Shown here piece by piece: positions 27,523 to 40,943 of a DNA stretch of 64,000 nucleotides; the first letter of the stretch is position 1; each line of letters starts with the position of its first letter. The stretch covers positions 12,772,001-12,836,000 of the forward strand of contig NC_092672.1 in assembly GCF_964355755.1 (NCBI RefSeq), written 5' to 3'. Below the pieces are notes generated by a model. It searched no databases and was not told the DNA's origin. It saw only the letters and a list, made by a program, of their open reading frames with translations. Origin of the DNA: Antedon mediterranea. Its lineage: Eukaryota > Animalia > Echinodermata. Position numbers and translations under genes: made by a program.

Positions 27523-29133
27523 CAGTGGTGGCGCCAGGATCTTCCCGACGCGGGGGCTACATTCCCCGACGAGGGGGCTATGCGAGCGAAGCGAGCATCA
27601 CTAGGCTGGGGGCCAGGGGGCCGCCAAGGGCCCCGGTGGGGGTCCAGGGAAAAAATCCCCCGTAAGCAACGCGTTCTAGCGTCATTTGAGGTCATTTTAA
27701 CCAGATTTAGGGTAGCCATTTTTTCCATTTTTTATAATGTATAAATAAAATACTGCGTGCAAAAAAACGATGCGCGATGACTGTTTCAATCCATATTTTT
27801 CAATTTAAAAAATAAATGTTCAAAGAAAATTTAGAAAAATAGAGGTGGAGGTCCTGGAAATTGGACTTATTATACTTCAAAACATGAAACAAAATATATA
27901 AGTCCCTATCATGGTTGTGACTGAGCTAAGAAATGTTTGAAAAATAGAGGTGTTAGGTCCCGGAAAATGCACTTCTTGTACTTCGAAATATGACCAGCTT
28001 TATTGTTGGGGCTGAGCTAAGAAAATGTTTAAAACTAGAGCTGCAGGTCTTCAAAAAATTGCATTTTATACTTTGGAAACATCAGGCATAGAGGCTTAAA
28101 AAACGCAAGTAGACCTTTTTCAGTCGGGAAAATAAGTTTATTCCTCCCAAGTGTATGCGTGCGTACCATCTGGACTTCCGAGTGGTGAGAAATTCATGAC
28201 ATACAGGACATTGAAAATGTAATAACTTAGCAATAATAAGATGTTGGCTAAGCGAAAATGGCACGTTTTTTTTTTTGATGAAAAATTTATTTTAGGTGCC
28301 CCACGGTACAGAAGGTTACTTATAAATTAAAAAAATTGGTGAACATACGAACAATTAACTTAATTCGTTTTTGCTGTAGTGTAGCGTACGTCGACACAGT
28401 ACACGACGTAACCGTCGGTAAACTTCGCCTGGAAAATAACTACAGTACACATTTTTGGTCCCCTGATGGAACATGATATCACGCGTCTCGACCCAACGTT
28501 GAACGATTCGTACAAAGGGATACCGCCAGACAAGTGCGTACCTAACTATTGTTTAGTAGTAAGTTAGATCGCTGGCAATAATGAATGCATATAAAGTGCA
28601 TAATATCACTCTGACGTACTCTCACGGTCAATGAAACGTCGCGGTTTTCTAGGCGCTGAAGCTAGCTACGAAGTGAACGCGAACGCTTTTTACTGTATAT
28701 TATGTTCCCCGACAAAAAGTACCCGTGTTCCCTTCGGTAACCGTCGGTAAACTTCGCCTGGAAAATAACTACATTACACATTTTGGTCCCTGGATGGAAC
28801 TTGATATCACGCGTCTCGACCCAACGTTGAACGATTCGTACAAAGGGATACCGCCAGACAAGTGCGTACCTAGCTAATGTTTAGTAGTAAGTTAGATCGC
28901 TGGCAATAATAAATGCATAAAAGTAAGTGCATAATAGCCCTCTGACGTACTCTCACGGTTAATGGAACGTCGTGGTTTTCTAGGCGCTGAAGCCTTATGA
29001 AGTGAACGCGAACGTTTTTTACTGTATATTATATTCCCCGACAAAAAGTACCCGTGTTCCCCGACGGGGGGGGCTAGGCTCCCCGACGAGGGGGGCTAGA
29101 GCTCCCGTAGCCCCCCCGCTGGCGCCACCCCTG
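27523..29133. mobile_element. hAT-type non-autonomous element, 1611 bp, 8-bp TSD CCTCAAAC
   Basis: TIR CAGTGGTGGCGCCAG / CTGGCGCCACCCCTG; TSD at 27515-27522 and 29134-29141; subterminal CCCCGACG.GGGGGCTA motifs. Confidence 0.9.
28408..29060 (+). repeat. Two tandem ~329-bp units inside the hAT element
   Basis: GTAACCGTCGGTAAACTTCGCCTGG starts at 28408 and again at 28737, and the similarity continues through both units. Confidence 0.88.
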
Positions 29134-32100
29134 CCTCAAACACATCAGATTCTACCAACACACACTTCATCTCCTGAACTAACATAGTACAGTATAAGTC
29201 AAATTAAATGTTTTAAATTTTTTTATTGAAATCAATCTTCTGCAAAAAATATTATAATAGTAACAATAACAGAAAGGTTGATAGGTATTTTAATATTTTT
29301 TAAACTTAAAAAGGTAAAAAAAAAACTGAATAAATGTTTATAGGCCTACATACATTATAATTGAAATAAAATAACTACTATTTTAGTAATGCATACACAA
29401 GTACAGAATATCAGAAATCAATGAATTATGTGTCTAAATATGGCATTATTAGGCTAATTTGCTTTGAGAAAAACATTAATGCCATTGGCCTATACAAAAA
29501 ATCAATGCAATTAGACAAAATAGTTACATAAACAATTAATACTAATATTGGTAGGCATAAAATAATAGTGTATATAAACTTTCCTTAAATATAAACAGTA
29601 TAGGGCCTTACCAATTTATTTAATACATAATATATGAACTATATTACACAGTTATCAACCTAGGGGTTAAATTATTAGGAAAACATTGGTTTATTTTTTA
29701 TATGTGTACAGAAATTCGTTCTTCTAGCCTCAGATCATTCCTGAAGTTAGACATAAATCACATAAATTAGTATTAAGTAATGGATATTAGATGAAGTACA
29801 GTACAAATACATGTTTCAGGAGGATTTAGTTTAAATGTTACCCCAATGAAATTTATTCAATTACCAGGTTGAATTAGTCTGGTGGAAACACTACTATATG
29901 TACTCATGTAGAACACAGTCAGTTCTACCAAGGTTAGAGGTGGGTGCCAACATTTGAGATAAGTGGAAACATGACCTTTTCAATAGTAAATTCATTACCA
30001 GCATTATAAATAAAATGTTAAAAAGATGAGAATGCAAGTAAATATTAGATTCATAGTCCTCATTACGCACAATGGTTTTCTACTATCACATTATTAAAAT
30101 ATAAAACAATCATATAGCCTTTAATGAATTTACATGGAGGTCTATCCAAATAAATTTAAATAAAAGGGTCGTAATATGTCTTTGTCTCCATTTCGTGGAA
30201 AATGAACAAAAAATATTCAAAATATCCTGCCAGTTTGCGTTCAGTACAACCTGCTTAGTTTTTAATACGAGTACTGCTTTCTATACACATAACTTTGATT
30301 TCTGCAAAAAAAAAAAATCTCTGTAATAATGTACTTTTTAATTACTGTAATAATCTAGGCATAGATTATGTTGACCAGGCCAGTGAGAGGACGATCGACT
30401 GTACAGTACTATACCGTAAGTCCTCTAGGTGGATACAACTTATTTCTTGTCTACAAAGTGTACAGTAGTATGCTAATAGTACTATTATTAGATTAGGTAG
30501 TTGGAGTAGTTTGGAGAGATACATCTATTTATAAGAGAGTACTTTATATTTATAGATATAATACCAATATAGGTACCATGTATTGGGATGCAATTCAACA
30601 GTTATGAATAAAAAAAACTCTGTATGCTTTTTTCTAGCTGTGAAATATAAAATTGTTAAATGAAAAAGAAAATTTAGGGTGATCATCCCAGTATTTACAG
30701 TCTAAATTTGATCTTTATGCAACAATAGGCATAAACGAATTTTTAATTAACAGGTATAAAAGCAAATTAAAAGCCCTACGTACTCTGTATGTTGGAGGAA
30801 ATAAGCATAAGTGCAAATAAATCCTTGACCACAGGATGTAATTCACTATTTGGAATCAGTAGTACACGACTGTGTTGGACCATAATGTGGTCCAGGTTGA
30901 CGGGCCAGGAATGATGGTAGTGCCCAGTATACAGTGTAGTTTAGCCTCAAGGAAATGATGTAGCTGGATTAGCTTGGAGAAATACACTAGAGATTTCATG
31001 AGATTTGGTGTGTGATGATTCAGTTTGATAATTAGCTGTGAAAAAAAATTGTTGAATTATGAAGAAAATATTGTAAAATATAACAAGGAAGTTATACTAT
31101 AGTATAATTAAGGGGTAACCGTAAAATATTATATTATAATAATAAATGCAATGGGAATTACTATTACTACTAATATTATGTATACAATACAATATTACAG
31201 TTAAATTCATAGGTCGATATTATTTTATTATTATAAGGAAATCTGTTTTAGAATGAGAAAAAACCGTCCCAACCTAGATTTGAACCCAGCTATCAATAAA
31301 GCTATAAAGCTATTGGTACGAGTTGACCAATTATTTGGGTACGAGTTAGCCAAGTTTGGTACGAGTTGACATGGGTACGTTACGGGTTGACCAGCACCCT
31401 AGAATACGGATAAAGATCAACCCGTACCCCCATGCCGACTCGTTCCCATCCCATGGTAGAATACTACTTACATGTTAGTTTAGCCTAGCTGGGCTAACCT
31501 ACCTCACCTCTCACATGCCCTCCTGAAAAAACGCGACCGAAATTACTGGAACCCTACTTCCTAGCCTACTAGACCTAGATAGTAGTGATCCGTAGTACCA
31601 TGGAACTATAATAAATGGTAGACGTACTAGTACTGTGTAGTATATGTTAACATGTCTGGCTCTACGAGGCCTTTTTATGCTCATAGGATGGCTTTTTTGG
31701 GCGTCCCAATGTAGGTCTATGCTATGCCTATAGCTAGGACAGATTTCCCATTCCTGCAGGCCTGTAGCCTATGCTCTAGTAGGGCGGCCGGGTGTACTCT
31801 GGTCGATTCACCCCTGGTCGACTCGTACCCATGCCAACTCGTACTTAACTTCCTACCCTAAACTCGTATCCAACCAAATAATTGGTTGATTTCCCGCTAG
31901 ACTAGTAGGCCTAGCCTAGCTACAATATTCATTATGCCCTGCTAAAAAGGTAGATGAGCTACTAGACTAATTACGTAATTCGTATAATAATAACAATAAT
32001 TTACTAGAAGGCCTAAAAGCGGCGGAAAACACCTATCCATTCTTGCATGGCAGTACGAAAACCTGCCTATGGTTGTACATCATTGTAAATTGTCAACACA

Positions 32101-33319
32101 CACTGTGCTACAGACAGTGTACCGTGTGTTAAAAGTACAGCATTTATAGCAGACAGCAACGTGTATAACTTGCTATAGTTTTAAGATAGCACCTGTGGAC
32201 AGTAGCAGAATAATCGGGTGCACAAACAATAATTACGTGAGTGTTAATCATATTTGAAAACTCTATCGGAAAAGGTACAAAAATAAGGGTTAATAATAAA
32301 ATAATAATAATGTCTGTTATTCTCAATCTCAGATCAAATTAAAAAAGTATAAATAGATAAATTAAAGAACTACAACTAATATAAGTGTATACAGTGGACA
32401 TAGCAATAGTGACAAACACTGTGAATAGGACTAAGCAGTAAGCAAGAGCTCCAGACGCAAAACCCCTTTAAATAATAAAACAAATTAAATATAAATAAAT
32501 GAATAATACCATTTTTAATTATTCTAATAACAATAAGGTTAAATTTAACTCATTGTACGGAAAAATAACATATATTTCGTAATTAGCTGAAATTAATTTG
32601 AAAACCTATTTCAATTACAAATGCATCAATTTGGAATTTCATGGATATTGAAGTAAAGCGATTTAAATTTTATTCATAAATTATATTAGTATTTGGGTTA
32701 ACATTCCAAATTCTTGTGTTTTCCCGTTATTCGTGTGTGGTGTGTAATAAAAGTAAACTTTTGGCCAAACTGTCAGCTGGACTCGAGCACTGTGTTAATT
32801 AGTTTTTAGATACAATATTAATTATACTTGTGCGGACCCCATTGCTCATATTTTCAAAGCAGATTGACTGTGGTACTTCTCAATAATGAATTCAATAAAG
32901 CGTATTATTTTTAATATCTATTCACGATGTAAACATAATTTGTATCAAAATATACATGGAAGTGCATTACAGTTATCTGTAAATCTGTCTGCAAGAGCAA
33001 ATAAAGAACGATGATGGTGGTAACGAACAAGACTAATACCATATTAAAGTGCGGATTCCTCAATTGGTATTCATAGAATTGGTTGCAATCACTCCCCAAA
33101 CACAGTCTATAATCTTCTTGTTGTTAGCTGATGGCTATATAAGATTATTCTTTTATTCTCGAGTGGGAGAATATAACACTTAAAACCTGATTAGAAATGA
33201 GCATAACGACAATAAATTTCATGCGTTGTAATGCATTTTTTTAATTACACGCGCATGCTCGGTTTATTACTAAGCTCAGAATTGAAATTTTTGTTTTATT
33301 TTTTGTAATGAAGTTTTTA

Positions 33320-34222
33320 CTCTAGTAGCTAGATCAACTTTCGTATGCACTTTGAGGTCCAGAGAATTTGACTTCAGAAATTGGGGTAGGGTGGTCAATC
33401 ATTTTTGGCTTGGTTACACATTTTGAAAATGTGGCGAAAGGTCAAAAGGTCAGGGTGAAAGGTCATAAGACCAAACACCAATATGTCCTTAAATCTTGAC
33501 AACCACTGGTCACAGCGAGGTAATATTGGTCTTAAATTGATCAGAAGGTATACATTTATATTCAGTCTAATGGGACATTTTAGTAAAAAATGACCGGAAA
33601 TGACATTTCTGACCTTTGACCCACAACCCAGGGCATGTACGTATCTCCGTAACTACTGGTCGTAGACACTTGAATTTGGTTTTAAATTGTTCAAAATTTA
33701 TATTTTGTTATTTGTTGCACATTTTAAAAAATGTTACAAAAGGTCAAAGGGTCAGGGTCAAGGGTTATATGAACAAATAAAAAAAGGTACTTGTATCTCG
33801 GCAACCACTGGTCGAAGCAAGTCAATTTTGGTCTCAAAATGTTCAGAAGGCATGCATTTATATTCCGTCTAATGGAGCATTTTAGTCAAAAATTATTAGA
33901 AATGCCATTTCTGACCTTTGACCCACATACCAGGGCATCTTCATTATCTCTGTAAGTACTGGTCGTAGAAATTTAAATTTGGTATCAAATTGTTCGAAAT
34001 AAATATATTTACATTCAGTCTAATAGAAAATTTGGATAAAACATGATCAGAAATACTCTTAATTAAATTTAAGTTTCTACTACCAGTACTTTTTGACCTT
34101 TCGCCACATTTTCAAAATGTGTAACCAAGCCAATAATGATTGTTTGACCATCCTTAACCAATTTCTGAAGTCAAATTCTCTGGACCTCAAAGTGCATACG
34201 AAAGTTGATCTAGCTACTAGAG
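33320..34222. mobile_element. Tc1/mariner-type MITE, ~130-bp TIRs, TA TSD, internal ~300-bp subrepeats rich in AGGTCA/TGACCT
   Basis: TA|CTCTAGTAGCTAGATCAACTTTCG...CGAAAGTTGATCTAGCTACTAGAG|TA. Confidence 0.85.
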
Positions 34223-37200
34223 TATTATTAACATACAGACTGCAAAACATCGCGTATAATGTAGGATGAATTTAATCAATCAATTGTTCATGATACTGTA
34301 AACAAAATGCAACTTATTCTAATTTTAGTTCAAATTAATCTAGTCTTAAGCATTCTCATTTTATATAATGTATTTGCATATCATACACAAAAATGTACGT
34401 TGATGAAATTAAATTGGTTCATGATATGAAACACATTGTAGAAGAAAATACTCTGAATATTATTTATAATACAATGCTTGTTGACTTCAACAAAGAGGCC
34501 CCCGGGTCATCTAACAAATAAAACATAATTATACATTTATTGGGAGTGTTTCTAAATGTCTATAATTATAATACGCTATATACTTCCATATAAAAGATAA
34601 ATTATATTAGCATTAACATCTTTGGATGATCAACGAAATTTAAAAAAAATTAAAACATAATTTAGTATTATTTACATTTCCTTGTTGATACATGTGCATT
34701 TTTAACTGTTTATAAAAACAGAATGTTATGTTGGCGTAAACAGACCACCAAGCACAAAAATAGGCTAGGTTAGTTGGAATGTATTATAGGCCTAATGCTG
34801 ATACAAAGTTTGCGGTACACTACGTGTATTTAGTTCTGAAAAGAACTGTTGAGTTTCTCCTATTAAGTATTGTGTAGGCCACGTATGCCAAAATAAGGCA
34901 TGAAAGTAACGATATTAATTGTTAATGAAGTATAGGTTACGTGTCACCCCAAACAACAACTGAATATGTCCGGATTCAAATTATTAACGGGTTTTTTTTC
35001 AGTTGTTTCGCTTACTTGAAAAAATAGTGCTGTTTGAATATCCAAATTTAATTAAACCTCATTTCAAAAGCTAAGAGGAATAGAAATATGCTTTAGCATC
35101 ACATTTATTGCACACTTATTGCCATTGTTGAAACGGTTTAGGTTTAATAAGTGCAAAGTAAACATTCAAGGTGCCATCTTATATTAAGAAAACATATTAG
35201 GTTATCCATATTTGTTTTTGGAACTGCGTATTATTATCCTAATTTGACGCATGTCTTTGTATCTAATACAATGTCAACATTGCTTCGTGAAGGAATACTC
35301 TTTAGGCATATAGTATGATTTATGTCATTATTAAACGGGCATTGAAGGTAACCTTTTCTAATAACTACAGTATTCCGTTACACCTACACGGTACAAAACA
35401 AATCTGTGTATTTTGTAGTTTTGTTTGCTTATTGTTGGCAAAGCCACTGTTTATACGATATATTATGGTAAAATAATCATTTTTTGAATTTTATTTCTCC
35501 TGGATCAATCGTTTGACTGGTACATAAAGCTATCCTTACTTACGTTGCGCTAATACGTCCATGCGTTGTGTAATAAAACGGCGACTTTTCCGTTCCTTAA
35601 AACGGAACAGGCGTGAAAGTTTCTCAATGTAGGCTTTTTAAATGTAAACTGGCGAGTCACAATGTTGCTTTCACAACATAACTCGCATCAAAATGCTTGT
35701 AATCATTCTCGGTACTTTATCTAGATTACTCCAGTACGGAATATTTGATAATTGAGTATCGTATCACATGTGTTTCACATGTTTCACCTGTATCATAGAC
35801 CAGCACATAACCGTTAGATAATACAGACACCACCAGCCTATGAGGATACAAATGATATACTGTATTACCAAATATTGCGTTATCAATACTTTTTTCAAGG
35901 TATACCGGGAAATGAACTGCCTTATAATAAAGTTTCTTTCACTTGTGTTTTTAGGTGTTTGTTTTTTTCTTTTCCTCAAGTAACTCCTAGCATAATTAAC
36001 TGTTCCCTTTGTTATCACTGTTTAATTGTACAACAATGATGGTCGACTATACGTTAGTCGAGTTACTCGCTAAAGTTGTGAATAGGATGACGAACTTATT
36101 GCCGGGTATTGGTCACAACAAAAAACAAACAATAACCAAAATAATAATAAAAAAAAGAACGTATAATAAAAGGGAAAAAACATTTTTGCTATCACATTTC
36201 AACACGATTTTGACGTGATATGTACGTGGCGGCGTATGTGATAGTATTCACTCTTTCCTAACAAACCATGAGCTGTCTTTTACAATACTTGGTTATTGTT
36301 GCAAAGAATTGGCAGCGCTACCGTTTTTTCCATATAAAGACCAAATAACAAAAAATGTTTTGCCTATAAATACTAAATGATGCTGGCCATCGATTTAAGA
36401 ATGTTATTGATTAATTCCGAGAGACAAACACATTGGGTTAGATGTATTGGGTTGGCATGTTTACAGAAAACAAGAAGAGAAAGAGAGAGATATTTTATTT
36501 AACAATGAAAGCTGAATGAAGAAGAGTTGTTTGATTGTAGATGCTTTGGAATTATTTCACCAAAATATTTAGGGAACTTTGGAGTTTGATTGCTCCTCCT
36601 ATACGAATCAAGTAGAGCCCACTAAAGAAAAATCCAGTGCTGAAGCTTTAAGCTTGGTTCCCACTAGAACGTAACGCAAGGACGTAAACGCAACGCAAGC
36701 GTTTTAACCAATGACAAGCGAAGTTACAATCACAAAAACAATACTAAAATAAAAAGACTTAATCATCCATCCATTGATAAAAGATGAGTGAAATGGTTAA
36801 GTTAAACGAATCATAGTGCTGGGGCTATATACAGACAGCACATAGTCAAAGCACGGACCTAATAATTCAGGCTCAAGCCATCATGATTAAATTACTAGAA
36901 ACATTAGTGTAGTTTTACTTATGGTGGGTTTAGATAAAACTATAACATTTAAATTAGCAGATATTGGAGGCAATAGAATTTGAAGATGGTGTGTATGGAT
37001 GTAGTAACATAGAAAATAATTTGTCAAAATTCCATCTCAAGAAAATTGTCCTGTGTTGGGGACGACGCATTTGTAAAAGGTAATGAAATCCTATCTTTTT
37101 TTACATTTTGCCACTTGTATTTAACTACTGTAGGGTGTATAGAGCACGAATATATTTTGAATAGCTGCAATCAGATTCAGAATACTGATGAGGGCAATTG

Positions 37201-37244
37201 TTGCCAACGTACTAAATGTTTTGCTCATGTGGAAAACAGGCTTA

Positions 37245-37997
37245 AGGCCAATTTACACAGAAGAGCGTTAACGGTAAGCGGAAAACCGCGCATCTTGTCC
37301 CATTTATACAGCGCGTGGAATTCTCGAGCGGTGTGGTGGAAAGTGGGTGATTGTAGGCTTCGAGGCTACTGCATGTTGCAAGAACTGCTGGCCTGCATGT
37401 TGCAAGGACTAGACTGACTGTCAGTGTCAGTAGGCCTACCACACACAGGCCTAGGTTTAGACGGACTTTGCCTAATAAATGTATATTTTCTTTACACTAT
37501 CCTTAGGCCTAACCAGTCACGTCTTAGTTGTTTGCATTTCTGAATAATAATACGTTCTAAAACTAGGCTAGGCCTACTACGGCAGTCGTGTTTTACTCGG
37601 GGTACCCGAGTCTAGGACTCTCTTATCTTCTCCTCTTCCATTTCCTCCATTTGGACACTATTAAAAGTGCGATTTATAAAGTACTACTCCTCCCTTGTTC
37701 GTTGTATTATTGAGCTGGGATTTGGCATGACTATACTACAGGGACATGTCCTCAAGGCTATAGCCGAATTTTAAATTTCAAACAGGATGCAGCCATATCA
37801 CGTCTCAAAGATGGTACCGTATAGCCGTATTTGGTAGCTGATTTTGATGTGTATGTGACGTCATCCCGTCTTATGACGTCATTACAGCTTCTTTGCTGTA
37901 CCCCGAGTATCGTTCAGTGTAAATGGTCATAAGAAATAACAGATTCTATTTTTGGAATTTCCGCTTACCATTACCGCTCGTCTGTGTAAATTGGCCT
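37245..37997. mobile_element. PIF/Harbinger MITE, TTA TSD
   Basis: TTA|AGGCCAATTTACACAGA...TCTGTGTAAATTGGCCT|TTA. Confidence 0.88.
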
Positions 37998-40810
37998 TTA
38001 TAAGAAGAATAATTCAAGTTATGAAAATGTATCCCCTATTTTATGGTGTCGCCATGTATGACAATCATACACCGGTGGAATTAGGTACATTACTTTCCTT
38101 CCAGAAAATACAAGGTGTACCCTTTCTTTAGATCACATTTTTACTTTCACGTAACGGCATACACATCAAGTAAAAGTCATAACTGCGTTAAAAGTATTAT
38201 ATGATAATTATTATGTTATAACTGCTTTTGTAGTAACGCACGGGGAGTATCATGGTTTTTGCTCTTTACGGTTGGATCCAGATACAGAAATACATTTTGT
38301 TAATCCAATAATACACTTAAATAAAGAGATGGAAAATGGATGTATCAATGTATGTATTACTTGGGGAAAGTTACGTAGCAATATTTTTTAAAAATTAAAA
38401 AGATTATGACACTTTCGTTTTATTTTTACTCTAAAATTAAGATTATCGTAATTTCTTGTGAACTTGTTAACTTTGTAGTTACATTTTGTTTTATTTATTA
38501 CCTTCTATAAAAGCTTCTCTGTTACATTATTTCATGATATTAGCATATTACTAAGCGGATTAGAAATGTTGGCTTTGCATTATAATTGTCTTCCAAGATG
38601 CAATAATTTTTAGTACTGTACAACGAGAGAACTTATTCTTCTCATGTTTCTACAACCCGTCTGTCACTTTCCAAGATAAATTTCACAAAGTACTTATGAG
38701 TTAATATCCCAAGGCATTGGAGTTATAACATAATACCCACATGTCATAACGTCATACTAAGTGCTCTAGGCTTTATTTGACATCTCACAAAATATTGCTA
38801 TTATCTTGGGGAAACAAGCGGAAAAATAACCCATGTATCTTGTTTAGGTAATTATTGCCTTCTACTCAATGGTTAGGCTTGCTAATATTATACGTTTTTT
38901 TATGTGCTTTTAAAATGTGTAGTAGATATTTGTTTTCACTATGTTTAATATATTTTTTTCTCACAGAAATGTGTTGTGAGTTGGAGCAGTTTGGAGTTAG
39001 GCCTATTGCTGATGGAATATTTTAAGTTTTTGTATTTAATCTTTAATAATTCTCACATTATTCTATATGAATTACGGTAATAGGGTATAATAATTAGGCC
39101 TACATAAATTAAACAAAACAACGGAAAACCATTTCGCCTAGGTTCTGAAAAATCCTCTTCCGCATCCATCAGATCCCAAACAACTTCCGTTCCGACGTGG
39201 CAAAGTAAAGAAACGAATGCCGAAACAGTGGTCGAACAGGCTATCAAACAGGGTAGTGTGGGCGTTATATATACTGTTCCGTTACGTAATTTTTCGAGTG
39301 TAATGAGGGGGATGGTGGGGGGGGGGGGGGAGGTGTAAAAGGGAGAAACGTATACAGTACATTACACGCATACGAAGGGATGATTGAGGAACATATGTTC
39401 GTACGATTCGATTTGCTTTTTTTAATCCGGGCATTTAAATGATTATCGTTTCCAGAACATGATTAAATTCCATCGTGGGGAGGGGCAGTGAATAGTCTAT
39501 GTTGTCGTTCAATTTATACTCTTCTGACGACAATAACAAAATAACGTCAAGCAGCTAAACTCATTCATATTTTATTTACAACATATCTGTCTTGTACATT
39601 AGCACGATGCATTACCGAACCACAGTATTTGCAATGGACCATAAATATATAAATCTCTCCCCTTCCCCCCCACCCACCCCCCTAATTTATTTCCATTAAG
39701 GCATTACCTCATTCATTACGTACTCGCGCATAACTAAGTGTAACTAGCGCCATCACAAATTGATTAGAGTATTATTACGGACGCCTTACAGGATCATGTT
39801 CATTTGAATCCTAATTAAGGTTAAACTGTTATTTTATTTTAACGATTCTATCTAGTGAAATGAATATTTTTTATATTTATATCTTAACATAAGTATCATT
39901 TTATTTGATTGGGAAAGGGTCAAGGAATAATTGATTTTTTTTTTAAATTGATAAAAACTATCAGACAATGTAGGTGCAAGTATTGACAGAGATATAAGCT
40001 TTTCTCCCCATTGCCCTGGGTACACATATTGTCACGAATCGTATTTCTGATTACATTCCAGATCCACAAGCAAGTCGCAAATTGATAGCTTGCGTCAACA
40101 GAAGATTCGATTTGCTTTCTTTAATCCGGGATTCAAAAAGATATTTTCATAATTGAACGAACGAACGGCCAATCTCTATAATTGTATGATTACCCGAATG
40201 ATAGAATTAATGATGTCTAAAATCCTGGCAAAGTATTAACGACCAATCAGCTTAAAAGCATAGCAAGTGACCGGGTACAAGTGGGCTTAAAGATTATTGT
40301 AACATAAGATTTATTTATATTAGGCAAAAATAATTATTTCTAAATAATAATATTCATCCTATACTATCCATATTATCTTACAGTAACATTGACTGTATTA
40401 CTGTATTTATTATTATAGGCGTGCATAGCACCCAATTCCCTGTGCTGCTGTGTATCTGCATACGACAATATTTACCCAGTGTTATAGGAAAGTTTAATAA
40501 TAAAGCATCTCAAGTGCGTCACGTGTGGTGCATGCATCATCATGTTAGTTGTGAAATACATGTGATTCAAGTATTACGGAATTTGTCTATGATACTGGAT
40601 ACCTCTAGATATAGTAGGTACCGAAAACCGCATGCTGTATACAACCAAATATTTAATAAATACAAAATTAAAACTAGTGTAAAAAGTAGTGCATTGTGCA
40701 TGCGGTATCTGAATTCTGTTCCGTACCGTACGCGTATACAATGCCTCTATAGAATATGCTCGATATAATTATTAAAACAGAAAAGTGGTCTTCAGATCTA
40801 TATGTTGAAA

Positions 40811-40943
40811 TCTGTCTACACTATCAAACTTTATTCTGACAAAAATATTAAATGTGATGTGCCCCAATATGGTCACGATAACGTCATATCACTATCTCAC
40901 TTTTTTTCGTCAAACTAGTTTGATACCGTACGTCTATACAGAG
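40811..40943. mobile_element. Second, more degenerate copy of the 3090-3222 MITE
   Basis: TCTGTCTACACTATCAAACTTTAT...TGTGATGTGCC...CAAACTAGTTTGATA. Confidence 0.7.

Larger units (their letters stand above)
21520..32220. mobile_element. 10.7-kb non-autonomous foldback DNA transposon with ~1.05-kb TIRs and 7-bp TSD (P/Galileo-like)
   Basis: 21520-22568 is the reverse complement of 31162-32220, with few differences. Termini CACCCGATT...AATCGGGTG. CACAAAC lies at 21513-21519 and at 32221-32227. No transposase ORF inside. Confidence 0.9.

Noticed and set aside
27433-27744. 103-aa and 89-aa GC-rich ORFs
   Set aside because: They straddle the hAT terminus and are explained by GC-rich subterminal repeats.
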